NCBI GenBank assembly: GCA_918797485.1
Contig: CAKKNE010000004.1
Coordinates: forward strand, 3,224,001 to 3,288,000
Direction of reading: 5' to 3'
DNA: 64,000 bases
Source: Pelagomonas calceolata
Lineage: Eukaryota
Positions 39,505 to 50,227 of this stretch are shown piece after piece. Below the pieces are notes generated by a model. That model was not told the origin of the DNA. It saw nothing but the letters and a program-made list of their open reading frames with translations, and ran no database searches. How positions within the stretch are numbered: position 1 is the first letter of the stretch; every line of letters begins with the position of its first letter. Made by a program: the position numbers and the translations under genes.

Positions 39505-40629
39505 ATGGAGACCGCGAGCATCACCTTCTCCCGCGCGGCGCCCGACGAGGCCTGGGACGCCAACCAGACCAAGGAGGCGCCACAAACGGTCTGCCTCGCG
39601 TGCCCGCCGCACAACAAGCACACCGCGCACACGTGCGGCACGCGGGGCCGCCTCAACCCGTTGCCGCGCGGCCCGAAGAAGGGCCGGAAGAAGGGACCGG
39701 AGCCGCTCGCCGAGCTGTGCGGGGCCTGCATGGGAAAAGGAGGGGCCCACACGTGCGGCAACTTCGGCGACGACGCCGTGGCGCCGCCGCCGGTGGCCGC
39801 GCCGCCTCCATTGGAAGAAGACGACTCGAGCGACGCGGACTCGGCGGCCTTCGGCATCACGTCCTTCGAGAACGAGGAGGAGCTGCGGAAGGCGTGCCCG
39901 CCGCCTCCCCCCAAACCCTCGAGGTCGCCGTCGCCGTCGCCGCCGCGCATGCCGTCGCCGCCGCGGCGCGCGCGCCAGAAAGGCGGCCAGAAGTGCGGCC
40001 CCTGGTTCCAGTATTGGTTGGAGAACGACGCGGCCGCCTCCGAAGAGTTCTGGCAGGCGCTCGGTGACGCCGACAAGCGGCCTATTAGGGTCCTCTGGAC
40101 GCGCAAGTACGAGGAGAGCCTGCGGGCCACGGGCCAGAGCATGTGGCTCCAGAGTCCACCGCCCCTACCCCTCCCGCTCGCCGCGCAGCAGCGCTACCGC
40201 TCGCACGGGAGAAGCCCGTCGCCGTCGCGCACGAAAGGCGCCGGCATCCGTCCGTCGCCGCCGGGCTGGCGCGCGGGCGACTCGCTCGAAACATTTGAGA
40301 GCGACCGCCCAGCACCCGTAAGGGCGCCCGGTGCGGTCCCGAAGCGCTACAACAACGACAAGGCCTGGCAAGTCAAGCCGAAGCGGCCGCGCATCAAGGA
40401 CGCGCGGCCCGAGGTGCCCCGGGGCACGCGCGTGCGGCTGGCCGACCCGCGCTTCCGGGGCAAGCTCGGGACCGTCGTGGACCACAAGCACGCCTGGTAC
40501 CGCGTTCAGTTGGATACGGGCGGCGTCCAGTCCGTGCGCGTCATGTTCCTCCAGCGCGAGGACGGCTCGCCGATGCACCCCGAGTTCGCGCGGCGCATGG
40601 CGGAGCTGTCGAGCGACGAGTCGGACTAG
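39505..40629 (+). CDS. Hypothetical protein, two CxxC..HxC motifs, C-terminal KOW/SH3-like barrel
   Basis: CLAC....HTAHTCG, CGAC....AHTCG; GTRVRL....GKLGTVV....WYRVQL. Confidence 0.6.
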   Translation: METASITFSRAAPDEAWDANQTKEAPQTVCLACPPHNKHTAHTCGTRGRLNPLPRGPKKGRKKGPEPLAELCGACMGKGGAHTCGNFGDDAVAPPPVAAPPPLEEDDSSDADSAAFGITSFENEEELRKACPPPPPKPSRSPSPSPPRMPSPPRRARQKGGQKCGPWFQYWLENDAAASEEFWQALGDADKRPIRVLWTRKYEESLRATGQSMWLQSPPPLPLPLAAQQRYRSHGRSPSPSRTKGAGIRPSPPGWRAGDSLETFESDRPAPVRAPGAVPKRYNNDKAWQVKPKRPRIKDARPEVPRGTRVRLADPRFRGKLGTVVDHKHAWYRVQLDTGGVQSVRVMFLQREDGSPMHPEFARRMAELSSDESD

Positions 40630-40670
40630 TGCTCTCTTGGCGCGTAATTTTCCCCCAACCACGACTCTAC

Positions 40671-41483
40671 TTAATAATAAGGCGCGTGAAGCCAGTAAAA
40701 CTCGACGACGCGCCGTACGAGCTCAGGCGGGAGGACATGGGCGAATTTCGGGATGAAAATTGCGTTGATGGCGTGGCGGCGCGCGCGTTCGTAATTCTGG
40801 AAGCCGTTCCCACGAAAGCCGCCTGCCTTGAGTATTTTTGCAAGGTAAGGATCAGGGTGCGCTGGGGCCCTCAAAAAGGTGGCGCCCGCTCTGAGGAGGA
40901 TGGGGTAGAGGCTCGGGTTCATCCAGGCTTTGTCGAGACTCAGGTCTGGCCTGTTAACCGCGGCGCCTGCTCTCAGGAGCAGGGCAATGCACTCCCGGCG
41001 CCGTGCGGAGGCTCCGAATCCAACTGCAAGCGCTAGCGGTAAACCACTGCCGCTCTTGGCCCCCGGAGCGCAGGCCGCATTTACATTCGCCCCGGCCTCG
41101 ATCAGGGCGGCCACGAGAGAGACGCGGCACATCACGACAGCGAAATGTAGCGGCCTCCATTGAGCGTGCCATCCAGGGTGACGGCATCTAGGTGCATTAT
41201 GGTTATCGTTCGCGTGTATATCCGCTCCCGCGCCGACGAGTGCATGAAAGCAGGCTAGTCGTTCTTCCAGGTTATCCGCGGATTTGCCCTCGCTACTTCT
41301 AGTCGAGAACGCGGATTTGCCCCGCTGCCATCCGCACAGTAAATGAAGTGGTTTTAACCCATGGTGTCTGGTAGGAGCGTTTGGTGAGGCTCCTTTCGCG
41401 AGTTCTCGCCGCAGCGCAACCAGATCGCCGTCACGAGCGGCCACGTGTATGGCCAGAAGCACCATGGCCCTGTACAGCCACAC
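40671..41483 (-). CDS. Ankyrin-repeat protein
   Basis: IHVAARDG, PLH..., AGADI, AGANVN repeats; start could be the internal Met (MVLLAIH). Confidence 0.8.
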   Translation of the reverse strand: MWLYRAMVLLAIHVAARDGDLVALRRELAKGASPNAPTRHHGLKPLHLLCGWQRGKSAFSTRSSEGKSADNLEERLACFHALVGAGADIHANDNHNAPRCRHPGWHAQWRPLHFAVVMCRVSLVAALIEAGANVNAACAPGAKSGSGLPLALAVGFGASARRRECIALLLRAGAAVNRPDLSLDKAWMNPSLYPILLRAGATFLRAPAHPDPYLAKILKAGGFRGNGFQNYERARRHAINAIFIPKFAHVLPPELVRRVVEFYWLHAPYY

Positions 41484-41566
41484 GAAAGCAAAACGGAGCA
41501 GGCGAAACCCGTCCCAATCAGAAAATCAGATGTGCCAGGCTAGCAACTATCTTAACAACCACAATG

Positions 41567-44158
41567 TTACGCCGCGGCGCCGGCAGCGAAGGACACGCTG
41601 CGGTCCGGCGAGTTATCCCCCACCAAGCACGCCCGCGGGACGTAGCCGGCGTCGCCACCCTTCGTCGCGAAGATCCAGCCCGGCTCGCCGTCCAATTCGT
41701 CGCGCTTCACTATTAACGTATCGCCCTTCCGCATCCGCATCTCCATGGCCTCCGTGGGGACGTGGGCGCGGCGCGCCTTGATCCGGCACAGCGGCCCTCT
41801 ATCCACTTCGATGCCCTCGGCGGCCTTGCGCTTGTTCCAGTACGACGCGCTCTCTTTTACCGAAGCCGCATCCGGCGAGGCCGCCGGTGCGGGCGCCGGC
41901 GCCGGCGCCGTCACGTCTTTTTTCTGCGCCCGGGCCACCTCCGCCTTCGCTGATAGCCGCTCGGGGTTCCACGAGTCCCGGAGTTGCCCCTGCGACTTGC
42001 CCCACACTAACCGCATCATGAGTTCGCGGCACGCGTCCATGGACTGCGCTATGAGCGTGGGCGTCTTGGCGAACGTCTCCTTCTCGCGACCCTTCATCCG
42101 CGCATTCAGCGTCTTGACGACGCCCATCAGCAATGCTTTACGTAAATTCGGCTTCCTACCAATCAACACGCCCAACAGGAGACAATAAGGCCGCAAATAC
42201 GCGACGTGCTGGTGCTCCAAGTCCAGACAGATGTGCTCGACCAACACAGCATTGTCAAAAGTCCGGTCGTGCATCACTTGTTCCGGCTTGTTCGCGTGTC
42301 GAAACGCCACGGCCACGGCGGGCAAATCCTTCTTCTGCTCCGGTTCGAGAGCGAATTTCAAAAAACGTAACTGCTCGCGAGGCGGCTCCCTTATGAAGAA
42401 CGCAGCAACTTCACCAGACAGTAACTCAGCATCAGTAGGAACCTGCTTCACCGGTGCACGCGGCTTCACAGGAGAAGCCGCCCTTTTCTTCGCGATCATT
42501 TTTATGGTTTCGACGGCCTTCTTCTGTTGCTTCGCATCTTTTTTCGCAGCTTCGGCTTCCTGCGCCTTCGTATCTTGTAGATTCTTCTCGGCTATCGATC
42601 GGCGAATAAATTTCACGCGCTCCATCTCCTCCTGGACGCGAGCTTTCGCCAAAGCTCTTTTGGTTTCGAGGTCCGCGTACGCCGCTTCGCGCCTCGCCTT
42701 TTTCAAGTCGTCTTCCTGGCGCTTGCGTAGGGCCGCGTCCATGCCGGGGCCGTCGGAATACTCCGACTCCGACGACTCATCTGATGAAGACTCCTGTCTA
42801 AGCTGTCGAGCCTGCTGCGCCAATTGTTCAGCCTCGCGCCTAGCGCGCGCTACCTCCGCCGTCGCGGTATTCAAGGCTTTGGAAGCATCACCACCGGACA
42901 CGCGTTCCGTCGCCGTCTGGACGTACTCCCGGAGTGCCCGTGTGTCATCCTGCGGAGCACTTGCTTCGGCCTTTTTCGCCTCGCGCTGGACGCGTTTTGC
43001 CTTCCTCTGCTTCATCTTCCTTCGTAGTACCGAGGGCGGCACGCGCGTCGGCACGGGCTTATTCTCATCTTCACTAGAAGTACTATCGGCATTCATATCG
43101 TTCGGCCTCGCCCACATCTTTCTACAAGCTTCTACCTCGGGGTGCAGCGGCGTCGCGCCGAACTCGTCATCAACTTCATTCCGCGCGCGCGTCGAGACGC
43201 GTTCGGCCGTCGCCGCGACGTCGGCCTGGGCCCGTTCCACTTCCCTCACGAGCTTGGCCCTCCTTGCCAATTCTTCCGCTCGTCGTTCCGAGACGGACGC
43301 CTCTTGGAGGTTGTGTTTCACGGCCATGTCCGACGCTATGCTCGGCTGTGCCAGCGAGCCCGACGCGACGGACGGCCGTGACAATGATCCTTGTTCTAAT
43401 GAAGGTCTCGATAATGATCCTTGCTCGAGCGACGGTCTGGATAGAGACGCCTGCTCGAGGTCCCTCATCCTCCTTGCTTCAGCAGCCTGTCGAGCTTTCG
43501 CCTTGACCTCCTCGGAGGGCTTCCGCTTCGCTCGTTCGACGGCCGCCGTGGCCCTTGCTCTATCGCGCTGGTCCTCGGACGGCTTCGTGAACCGCGAGCC
43601 GTGCGGAAAGAGATTCAAAGCGGGCACGGCGTCCGGCGATGACACACGTCCGGCCGGCCGGTTCACGCGCGCCATGTCGCTCTCTGATGAATATTGGGAG
43701 GCGGGGTACGAGTACTCGGATACCGCTCGAGATGACGCCATCGGGTCCGTGCGAGACGTCGGGTGTGACGACCGCGCCGTCGGGTGCGACGAGGCCGCGG
43801 CCGCCTCGAGCTCCTGCTTCGCCGCGGCGTAGCGCGCCGCCGACAGCTTGCGGTCCATTGCCCGTCGCTCGATGTCCTCCGCGCGCGCGACCATGCGCCG
43901 CCGCATCAACTCGACCTCCTGCAGCTGCTTGTTCGCCTCCTCCCGATTTATGAGGATTTCCTCCATGGGGTTCAGATCCGCGATCGAGGGTCCCGTCTTC
44001 CGCTTCGGCGGCTTCGTGCCGCCGATCTTTGTCTCGGGTACTGAGTCCTCGGCGATGGCGGCGAGCTCTGGTTCCAGCGCTGCGGCCGCGGCTTTTTCCC
44101 GCCGTCGTTTTGCGATCTCCTTGCGCTGCTCGGACGTGAGCGGTTGGCGCTCCGCCAT
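41567..44158 (-). CDS. Large coiled-coil protein with C-terminal SH3 domain
   Basis: ARRAH.P....EM.MRKGD...GWI......GYVP; internal SLSRPSLEQG repeats. Confidence 0.75.
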   Translation of the reverse strand: MAERQPLTSEQRKEIAKRRREKAAAAALEPELAAIAEDSVPETKIGGTKPPKRKTGPSIADLNPMEEILINREEANKQLQEVELMRRRMVARAEDIERRAMDRKLSAARYAAAKQELEAAAASSHPTARSSHPTSRTDPMASSRAVSEYSYPASQYSSESDMARVNRPAGRVSSPDAVPALNLFPHGSRFTKPSEDQRDRARATAAVERAKRKPSEEVKAKARQAAEARRMRDLEQASLSRPSLEQGSLSRPSLEQGSLSRPSVASGSLAQPSIASDMAVKHNLQEASVSERRAEELARRAKLVREVERAQADVAATAERVSTRARNEVDDEFGATPLHPEVEACRKMWARPNDMNADSTSSEDENKPVPTRVPPSVLRRKMKQRKAKRVQREAKKAEASAPQDDTRALREYVQTATERVSGGDASKALNTATAEVARARREAEQLAQQARQLRQESSSDESSESEYSDGPGMDAALRKRQEDDLKKARREAAYADLETKRALAKARVQEEMERVKFIRRSIAEKNLQDTKAQEAEAAKKDAKQQKKAVETIKMIAKKRAASPVKPRAPVKQVPTDAELLSGEVAAFFIREPPREQLRFLKFALEPEQKKDLPAVAVAFRHANKPEQVMHDRTFDNAVLVEHICLDLEHQHVAYLRPYCLLLGVLIGRKPNLRKALLMGVVKTLNARMKGREKETFAKTPTLIAQSMDACRELMMRLVWGKSQGQLRDSWNPERLSAKAEVARAQKKDVTAPAPAPAPAASPDAASVKESASYWNKRKAAEGIEVDRGPLCRIKARRAHVPTEAMEMRMRKGDTLIVKRDELDGEPGWIFATKGGDAGYVPRACLVGDNSPDRSVSFAAGAAA

Positions 44159-44289
44159 CGTCGCGGACGCCGCCGGGGCAGCCTGTTGACGGTCCGGAGG
44201 CCGCCTGGGCAGCTGCCTTCCGAGGCGTCGAGCCGTCAAGGCCGCTGGCAGACGGATTTAACTCACAGCGCGCGGTTGGCGTTTTGCTT

Positions 44290-44312
44290 GCTAGTGTCTT
44301 ACATCCGCTAGC
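44290..44312 (+). promoter_or_regulatory. CTAG-N13-CTAG element copy
   Basis: gctagtgtcttacatccgctagc between divergent ATGs 44158 and 44457. Confidence 0.85.
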
Positions 44313-44456
44313 AACGCCGGCTTTTCACAGCGCTGGCTTGTCGAGGTACAGCTGTCCGGAGGCCGCATCGGTGGTTGAACGGACGCACGGATCGCAGCGC
44401 TCGGCGCAGCGGCAAGCGCAGGTAACGCCGACGACGTGTGCCCTCCAACAACGAGT

Positions 44457-45821
44457 ATGGACACCGCGTACCTGCTACTGCGCTACGCGGCCGCGCTCGT
44501 AATAATCATGGTCACGACCCGCATCCGACGGCACCTGCGACGCAAAAAGGTCGTCGCCTTCCTGCACCCCTACGCGGCCCAGGGCGGAGGTGGCGAGCGT
44601 GTGCTGTGGGTCGCGGTCGCCGCGTTGCGCAAGGCGCGGCCCGACGTGAGGATAGTGATCTACTCCGGCGACGGGCTCTCCGCTAAAGAACTTGTAGCGC
44701 ATGCGCGCGAGCGGTTTGGTGTTGCGGTGCCGGACGTCACCATACAACCCGTGTGTACACGACGATTAACAAACGCCAAGACGTGGCCCGTCGCGACGAT
44801 GGCGGGGCAGGCGTTGGGAGCGATGATTCTGGCCATGGAAAGCGTCCTGCGAACGCCGCCCGACGTCCTCGTGGACACGACGGGGCTCGCGTTCGGCGTA
44901 CCCCTCGCCAAATTGTTGGCAGGCTGCGCGGCGGCGGCCTACGTGCACTACCCGGCCGTGTCGCAGGACATGCTCGATGCTTTGGATAGGCCGGCGTTCA
45001 ACAACTCGAAACGCTGGGTACGGCTACGGCGCGTCAAGGCCGTCTATTACCGGCTGCTCGGCAAAGTATACGGGTGGTGCGGCCGGCGCCACGACGTCGT
45101 CATGGCGAACTCGTCGTGGACGCGCGGCCACATCCAACAAGTGTGGGGCCGCGGCGCTTTATTAGCTTACCCGCCGTGCGGCGCGATGAAGGGTATTACT
45201 AGAAAAGAGACCGGGAAAGTCACCGTCCTGTCGCTGGCCCAGTTCCGGCCCGAGAAGGACCAGATGAAGCAGCTCGAGGCCTGGGCGTTGTTACCTCCAG
45301 AAACGCGGCGGAAGGCCAAACTCGTGATTGCGGGCGCCGTCCGCCATGCCGACGACCAGCGCGTGTTGGATGCCCTGAAGCGACAAGCAGTAGGTATGGA
45401 TGGCGTCGAGTTCCTCGTGTCCGCGCCACGACATGAAATCATGGCGCTGCTCCAGACGGCGTCGGTCGGGCTGCACACGATGCGATTGGAGCACTTCGGA
45501 ATTGCGGTCGTCGAGTTCATGGCCGCTTCATTGGTAGTTGTGGCCCACGCGTCGGGCGGGCCCTTGCTGGATATCGTTGGTACTAGTGGAGAGCGCGGCT
45601 TCTTGGCGACGGACGCGCGTGACTACGCGGCGAAGCTCTCGTCAATAATCGAGATGGACGCGTCTTCACGTCGAAAAATTGGGGAGAACGCGAGGGCCTT
45701 TGTGGCGGAGCGGTTCTCTGATTCTGCTTTCGGGCGGACGTTCGTGTCGGCCCTCGCTGTGTTGTTGAACCCTGCTAGGCCGCCGGCGGCCGCGACGGTG
45801 CTCAAGGGGGGGCTGAATTAG
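44457..45821 (+). CDS. ALG11: GDP-Man:Man3GlcNAc2-PP-Dol alpha-1,2-mannosyltransferase
   Basis: FLHPY..GGGGERVLW, YVHYP, NSSWT, AQFRPEKD, EHFGIAVVEFMA, H.SGGP..DIV. Confidence 0.95.
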   Translation: MDTAYLLLRYAAALVIIMVTTRIRRHLRRKKVVAFLHPYAAQGGGGERVLWVAVAALRKARPDVRIVIYSGDGLSAKELVAHARERFGVAVPDVTIQPVCTRRLTNAKTWPVATMAGQALGAMILAMESVLRTPPDVLVDTTGLAFGVPLAKLLAGCAAAAYVHYPAVSQDMLDALDRPAFNNSKRWVRLRRVKAVYYRLLGKVYGWCGRRHDVVMANSSWTRGHIQQVWGRGALLAYPPCGAMKGITRKETGKVTVLSLAQFRPEKDQMKQLEAWALLPPETRRKAKLVIAGAVRHADDQRVLDALKRQAVGMDGVEFLVSAPRHEIMALLQTASVGLHTMRLEHFGIAVVEFMAASLVVVAHASGGPLLDIVGTSGERGFLATDARDYAAKLSSIIEMDASSRRKIGENARAFVAERFSDSAFGRTFVSALAVLLNPARPPAAATVLKGGLN

Positions 45822-45841
45822 GTTGTGTTTTTGTATCTTAC

Positions 45842-46099
45842 TCACCTACCCACCTTTTCCGCCGCTTTATATCGGTCGATAAACTTCTCCACACCTCCTA
45901 TCATCTCACGTAGTCTTTCCCTGGCTCGCACGTCGGGCAGGACCGCCGGGTCATCCCACTTGCCTGAAGCGCATAAATCGAACAACTGCAACGGTATGGA
46001 CTCGCCCACACCGTCCCAGCGGCGCGCTAAGAGGGGGCAGCATTGCGCGTGATGCGAAAAATCCAAGGCTTGACACTCCTCCTCGCAGTAGCGAGCCAC
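45842..46099 (-). pseudogene. MYND-finger C-terminal fragment (last exon or pseudogene)
   Basis: ARYCEEECQALDFSHHAQCC half-MYND; no clear upstream exon or ATG. Confidence 0.35.
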
Positions 46100-46507
46100 C
46101 GCGTGAAACGCGTCGGGAGAAAACGCGTCCGCGGTCCGCCGCGAATATTTGCGTCGGGGTTCGATAACTTTTCCTCTTTTCGCTCAGCGCCGATGCATAT
46201 GACCCTGGGGCCCCGCCGGGGCGCCTCGGACCAGCCCCGCTTTCGTCCAGCGGCGAGCGCGGCGCGTTACGAGGCGAAAGCAGGGTTCGAGAACGAGCGA
46301 ATACGGCACCGTTTTGAGCGCTGTAAGTTACGAGGGGCAAGTCACGGCCCACGTAGAGCCTGTCGCGCGGCCCAGGCCTTGGACGTGCAAGACGGGCCGA
46401 GCAATATCGATTTTTTCTCGAGCGAGGCGCGAGCGAGCCGCAAGGAAAACCTGCAATTAAATTAATAGCTAAAAAATAGGCAAGCTCAAGGGGGGGTAAA
46501 TCGCGGA

Positions 46508-46531
46508 GCTAGCGGCATGTAAGACACTAGG
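46508..46531 (-). promoter_or_regulatory. CTAG-N14-CTAG element copy
   Basis: gctagcggcatgtaagacactagg upstream of ATG 46727. Confidence 0.8.
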
Positions 46532-46726
46532 AACATAGCCCCAAGGCAAAAGCAGAGTGCTACGAGCCATATAAGTCGATAGCGGTGGTCAGAGCAGCGC
46601 AAACGTATTGGACAGCTGGGTGGGCTCAAGACTTGCAGCACTGCGCGACGCCACCACGCAATAGCAGCAGCAGCATAAAAAGCAGACAGCAGCACAAATC
46701 GCCGCGGCGGCGCAAGCGACGCACAA

Positions 46727-46915
46727 ATGGTTTTCCTCACGATGGTCGACATCTGGCGCGAGACGGTCGAGGAGCTGGGCGGCCTGCGCGGCTTCTTCTA
46801 CATCTTCCTCGTCATGGTCGTCTTCACGCTGATCGTGCAGTGGGCCGTCGGGCGCGCGTCCGCAACACGTGCCGCGAAACGCATGAACCGCCAGCGCATG
46901 CGCAAGCTGCGGTAG
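46727..46915 (+). CDS. 62-aa single-TM microprotein
   Basis: acaaATGg start, C/G-ending codons, TM FFYIFLVMVVFTLIVQWAV, basic tail. Confidence 0.6.
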   Translation: MVFLTMVDIWRETVEELGGLRGFFYIFLVMVVFTLIVQWAVGRASATRAAKRMNRQRMRKLR

Positions 46916-46941
46916 CGCTTCGCCATCCCTAACCACCCAAC

Positions 46942-47550
46942 ATGCCGCCTCGCGTTTACATCCCTGTGACCGTCCAAGACGAGTCTGAGAGACCACGGTC
47001 GCCACGCGGCCTCGGCGCCGTCGTCAGCGCGGGCCTGATGTCTGCGGACGACGGCCCGCCCGAGTGGCGCGAGAAGATCTTCGGCTCCGCGTGGTGGTAC
47101 CGCTGGTCTTCCTTCGCCTACTGCCTCGCCGGCGGGCTGCTCGTCATTAGACCAGCACCGATGTACCGGCACGCGCGGCCCTGCTGCTTTCTTTTCCCGT
47201 TCCGCTCCATGGGCGCGCTGATCTTTTTGAACGGTATCCTGTCGTACCTGGCCGACACGCACACCTTTGGCCGACCTTCCGCGTGGCGGGCGGCGGACTC
47301 TTACGTGGCGACGTTCAACACGATCCTACAGTTCGTGCTAATTTTGCTGCAGATCATCGGCCCGATGTCCTTCCCACGCGACATGGTGACCGTCTTCACG
47401 GCGTCGCTGCTCGTGGCGATAGCGTGCAAGCGCCGCGCCGTCGCCGCATTCGCGCGCCGAGACCGCGACGCGTACCTCGTCTGGCACGCGCTCTGGCACG
47501 TCGTGCTGCCCGCGGGCGCCGTCGCGGGGCAGCTGCTCTTGGAGCCGTAG
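46942..47550 (+). CDS. Multi-pass membrane protein (CREST-like S...D / H..WH residues)
   Basis: Several hydrophobic helices, SYLAD and WHALWH. Confidence 0.65.
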   Translation: MPPRVYIPVTVQDESERPRSPRGLGAVVSAGLMSADDGPPEWREKIFGSAWWYRWSSFAYCLAGGLLVIRPAPMYRHARPCCFLFPFRSMGALIFLNGILSYLADTHTFGRPSAWRAADSYVATFNTILQFVLILLQIIGPMSFPRDMVTVFTASLLVAIACKRRAVAAFARRDRDAYLVWHALWHVVLPAGAVAGQLLLEP

Positions 47551-47596
47551 CTCGACGCTGTTTAATTTTTTTCTACAAGTATCGAACCTAACGTAT

Positions 47597-47620
47597 GCTA
47601 GCGGCGTGTAAGACACTAGC
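47597..47620 (-). promoter_or_regulatory. CTAG-N14-CTAG element copy
   Basis: gctagcggcgtgtaagacactagc just before an ankyrin-like fragment. Confidence 0.8.
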
Positions 47621-47639
47621 AAGCCTGGTAACAAAAAGT

Positions 47640-47900
47640 ACCAACGCGGCCCGCGGCGGCAGCGTCGCCACCGTGCGACGACTCCATGAACTCGGGGCTC
47701 CCTGCGCCGTCGGGTGCGAGATCGAGACGAAATGGTATGATCCGCGCACCTGGCTCAGCGACGTGTACGAGGGCGACGGGAGTTTGTGTCCCCTCCGCGT
47801 CGCGGCCGATGCGGGCCACGCCGACGTCGTCGCGTTCCTCGCCGAGCTGCTGCCCGACGTCGACCCGGCCACCGGCAAGCGCCAGACGAAAGAGCTCTAG
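47640..47900 (+). pseudogene. Ankyrin-like fragment with KEL C-terminus
   Basis: AARGGSVATVRRLHELGA and PLRVAADAGHADVVAFL; the only upstream ATG abuts the promoter element. Confidence 0.4.
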
Positions 47901-48004
47901 ATATACTGTAAGGTATTAGGATCTCTCTCAGGTTCTCTCTCGAAGGGGAAGGAACGCGACGTCCAATCGGCCGCACCGCTTAATACCACCATTTCCACCA
48001 AAAC

Positions 48005-49811
48005 CTACATGCCCGGCCCGAAGTCGAAGGCCTTCTGCGGCGTGTTCTGCGCCACCCCAAAGGCGAAGTTGTTGCCGATCGTTTCCGGCGCCACGTTAAC
48101 ATCTTCCTCGTCAACTCCGAAATACGTCTCCAGCACTCTGACGGCCTTCTCGTAGATGTCATTGTTGTCGTGCTGCTGGAGGTCCTCGATCTTCTTCAAG
48201 CCTTCACTGTCGGCAATATGATTGGCCATCAAGTTATGGCCGCCCATTTGTTTCGACTCCGCGTCGCCGACCTTGAGGATGTTTTCTAGGGCCTCTAACG
48301 CTACGATGATGATCTTGACGTCCGCGACACTGAGCAGTTCGCATAGGGGCGGGATGCAGGCCTGGCTCACGAGGAATTTAATTTGTTCCGGGGTTCCGCC
48401 AGAGGTAGCGTTGGAGATGGCCCACGCGGCCTCTTTTCTGATGTCGAATTCCGCACTATTCAATAAATTGACCAATGGAGGAATGACATTCGCGTCCACG
48501 ACGGACTGGATCTGGTCCTTATTACCCGCCGTGATGTTGCTGATCGTCCAGCAGGCCTCTTTTCTGATACCCTTCTTGGGATTACCTAACAGTGCTAACA
48601 AGCAAGGCAGCGCCGAGAAGTTGATGATGATCTGCGTCTGTAAATCATCACCGGTCACGATGTTGCCTACGGTCCTTAGAGCAGGGGTCTGCACCGACGG
48701 CGACGGGTGCATGAGCAGTTCCACCAATCTTCTACATACACCAGCTTCGATGACGGCCTGGATCTTCTCATTAGGACCATCAGATAAATAGGATAAGGCC
48801 CAGCACGCGTCCGTCAGGACCTCTTCGTCCGGGGAGTAAATTAATTGTGCTAGGGTAGGTAAGGCGGGCCTTACTGTCCCGAACTCGGGCTGCGGCTTGC
48901 CTCGGCAGAAGTTCGAGAGGGTCCACGTCGCGTTCCTAAGCATGCTCAGCTTGGAATTCTCATGCAATTGCTGCAACAGGGGCTGCATCGCGCCTTCTCG
49001 CAACACTAAGTCGCGACACGTGGGAGAATCACCAGCAATATTCCCCAAAGCCCAGACGGCCTGCTCCCGCACGTCATCGTTCGGCGACAAGAGCAATCTA
49101 CAGAAGATGGGCACGGCACCTTCCTCAATCACCACGCGCGTGTGGTCCGAGGTCCCGGACGCAATGTTCGTCAGCGCCCAGGCCGCCTCGAACTGCAACG
49201 CCGGCGCGTCGTCCTTTTGTAAGAATTGCACTAAGCGAGGCACGACGCCGGCGTCGATGACCGTCTGGATGGGCGGATTCCGTTCGATCGATAAGAGTTT
49301 GCGGAACTGCGTCGTCGCCTCCAAATGCACCGAGGGATCCATACTATGGACGCCCGCGACCAGATTAGGCAGCTGCTCCAGCTTCTGGACGACCGTCGCG
49401 TCCATCTGCGCGGGCGTCTGGCCCTGCGCCGGCCGCTGGACGCCCTGCCGCCTTTTATTCATGCGCTCCTCCTTCTTGGACTTGCGGATCTGGATCGTCG
49501 TCTCCTCCCGCCGCCTCCGCGAGTCCTCGGCGGAGATGCCGGCCTTGAACTGGCTCTTGCGCTGCGTGGAAATCACCGGATGAGAGCGGCGGGCGCGGGG
49601 TTTCAGGGGACGGCTCTCTTCTCTAGACGAACGAGCGCGCGCGGCTGCGGCGAGCAGCGCGCGGCTGTGGGAAGGGCGCTCGCCGGGCCCGGCCCGCCAG
49701 CGCTGCGCTGCGCGTCGTTTCGGCCGCCAGGCTCGCCACAGAGGGATTGGGTAGGGCGCGTGCTGCGGACGCCGAGAGCCTCGCGTCGCTTGGCCTTGCG
49801 AACCCGCTCAT
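48005..49811 (-). CDS. Importin subunit alpha; short first exon from 49811, intron acceptor at 49562, donor uncertain
   Basis: IBB RRRREE..IQIRK.KKEE, ARM repeats [37 protein letters not shown]. Confidence 0.95.
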
Positions 49812-49893
49812 ATTTGCTTAATTTCTTGCCTCTACTGAGCCCTCCTGCCCTGGCTTTAGGCTCTGCGCGGGCGTGTGTGGAAGGTCTCGGCTA

Positions 49894-49916
49894 GCTAGTG
49901 TCTTACAGACGCTAGC
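49894..49916 (+). promoter_or_regulatory. CTAG-N13-CTAG element copy
   Basis: gctagtgtcttacagacgctagc between divergent genes. Confidence 0.85.
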
Positions 49917-50227
49917 TGCCAACCGTCGCAAACGACAGCCGTCGAACGGGCTATTGCCGAGTCCCCGAGAGGTCCTGGATACGCCTGCTCGAATTTGTGA
50001 GGCTGTCGAGACCAGCAAAATAGCAGGCCCAGGCAGGCCAAAAAAACAAGGTCCGCCGGCGTACCGTTACGCGCGGAGCGTTTTTAGAATCATTTGTTGT
50101 CGTGCGTCGTCGTGGCGCGGCGGCGGCACCGCTCGTCGGACTGTGTACAAAAGCTCTCACAGAGAGCATTGTGAGACGCATTGATTAATCGGCCGCCGCG
50201 GCGACGCGCGCGGACCAATTGTGCGCG

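Noticed and set aside
42231..43832. 533-aa plus-strand ORF
   Set aside because: Antisense mirror of the SH3/coiled-coil gene, with Ser/Phe-rich shadow composition
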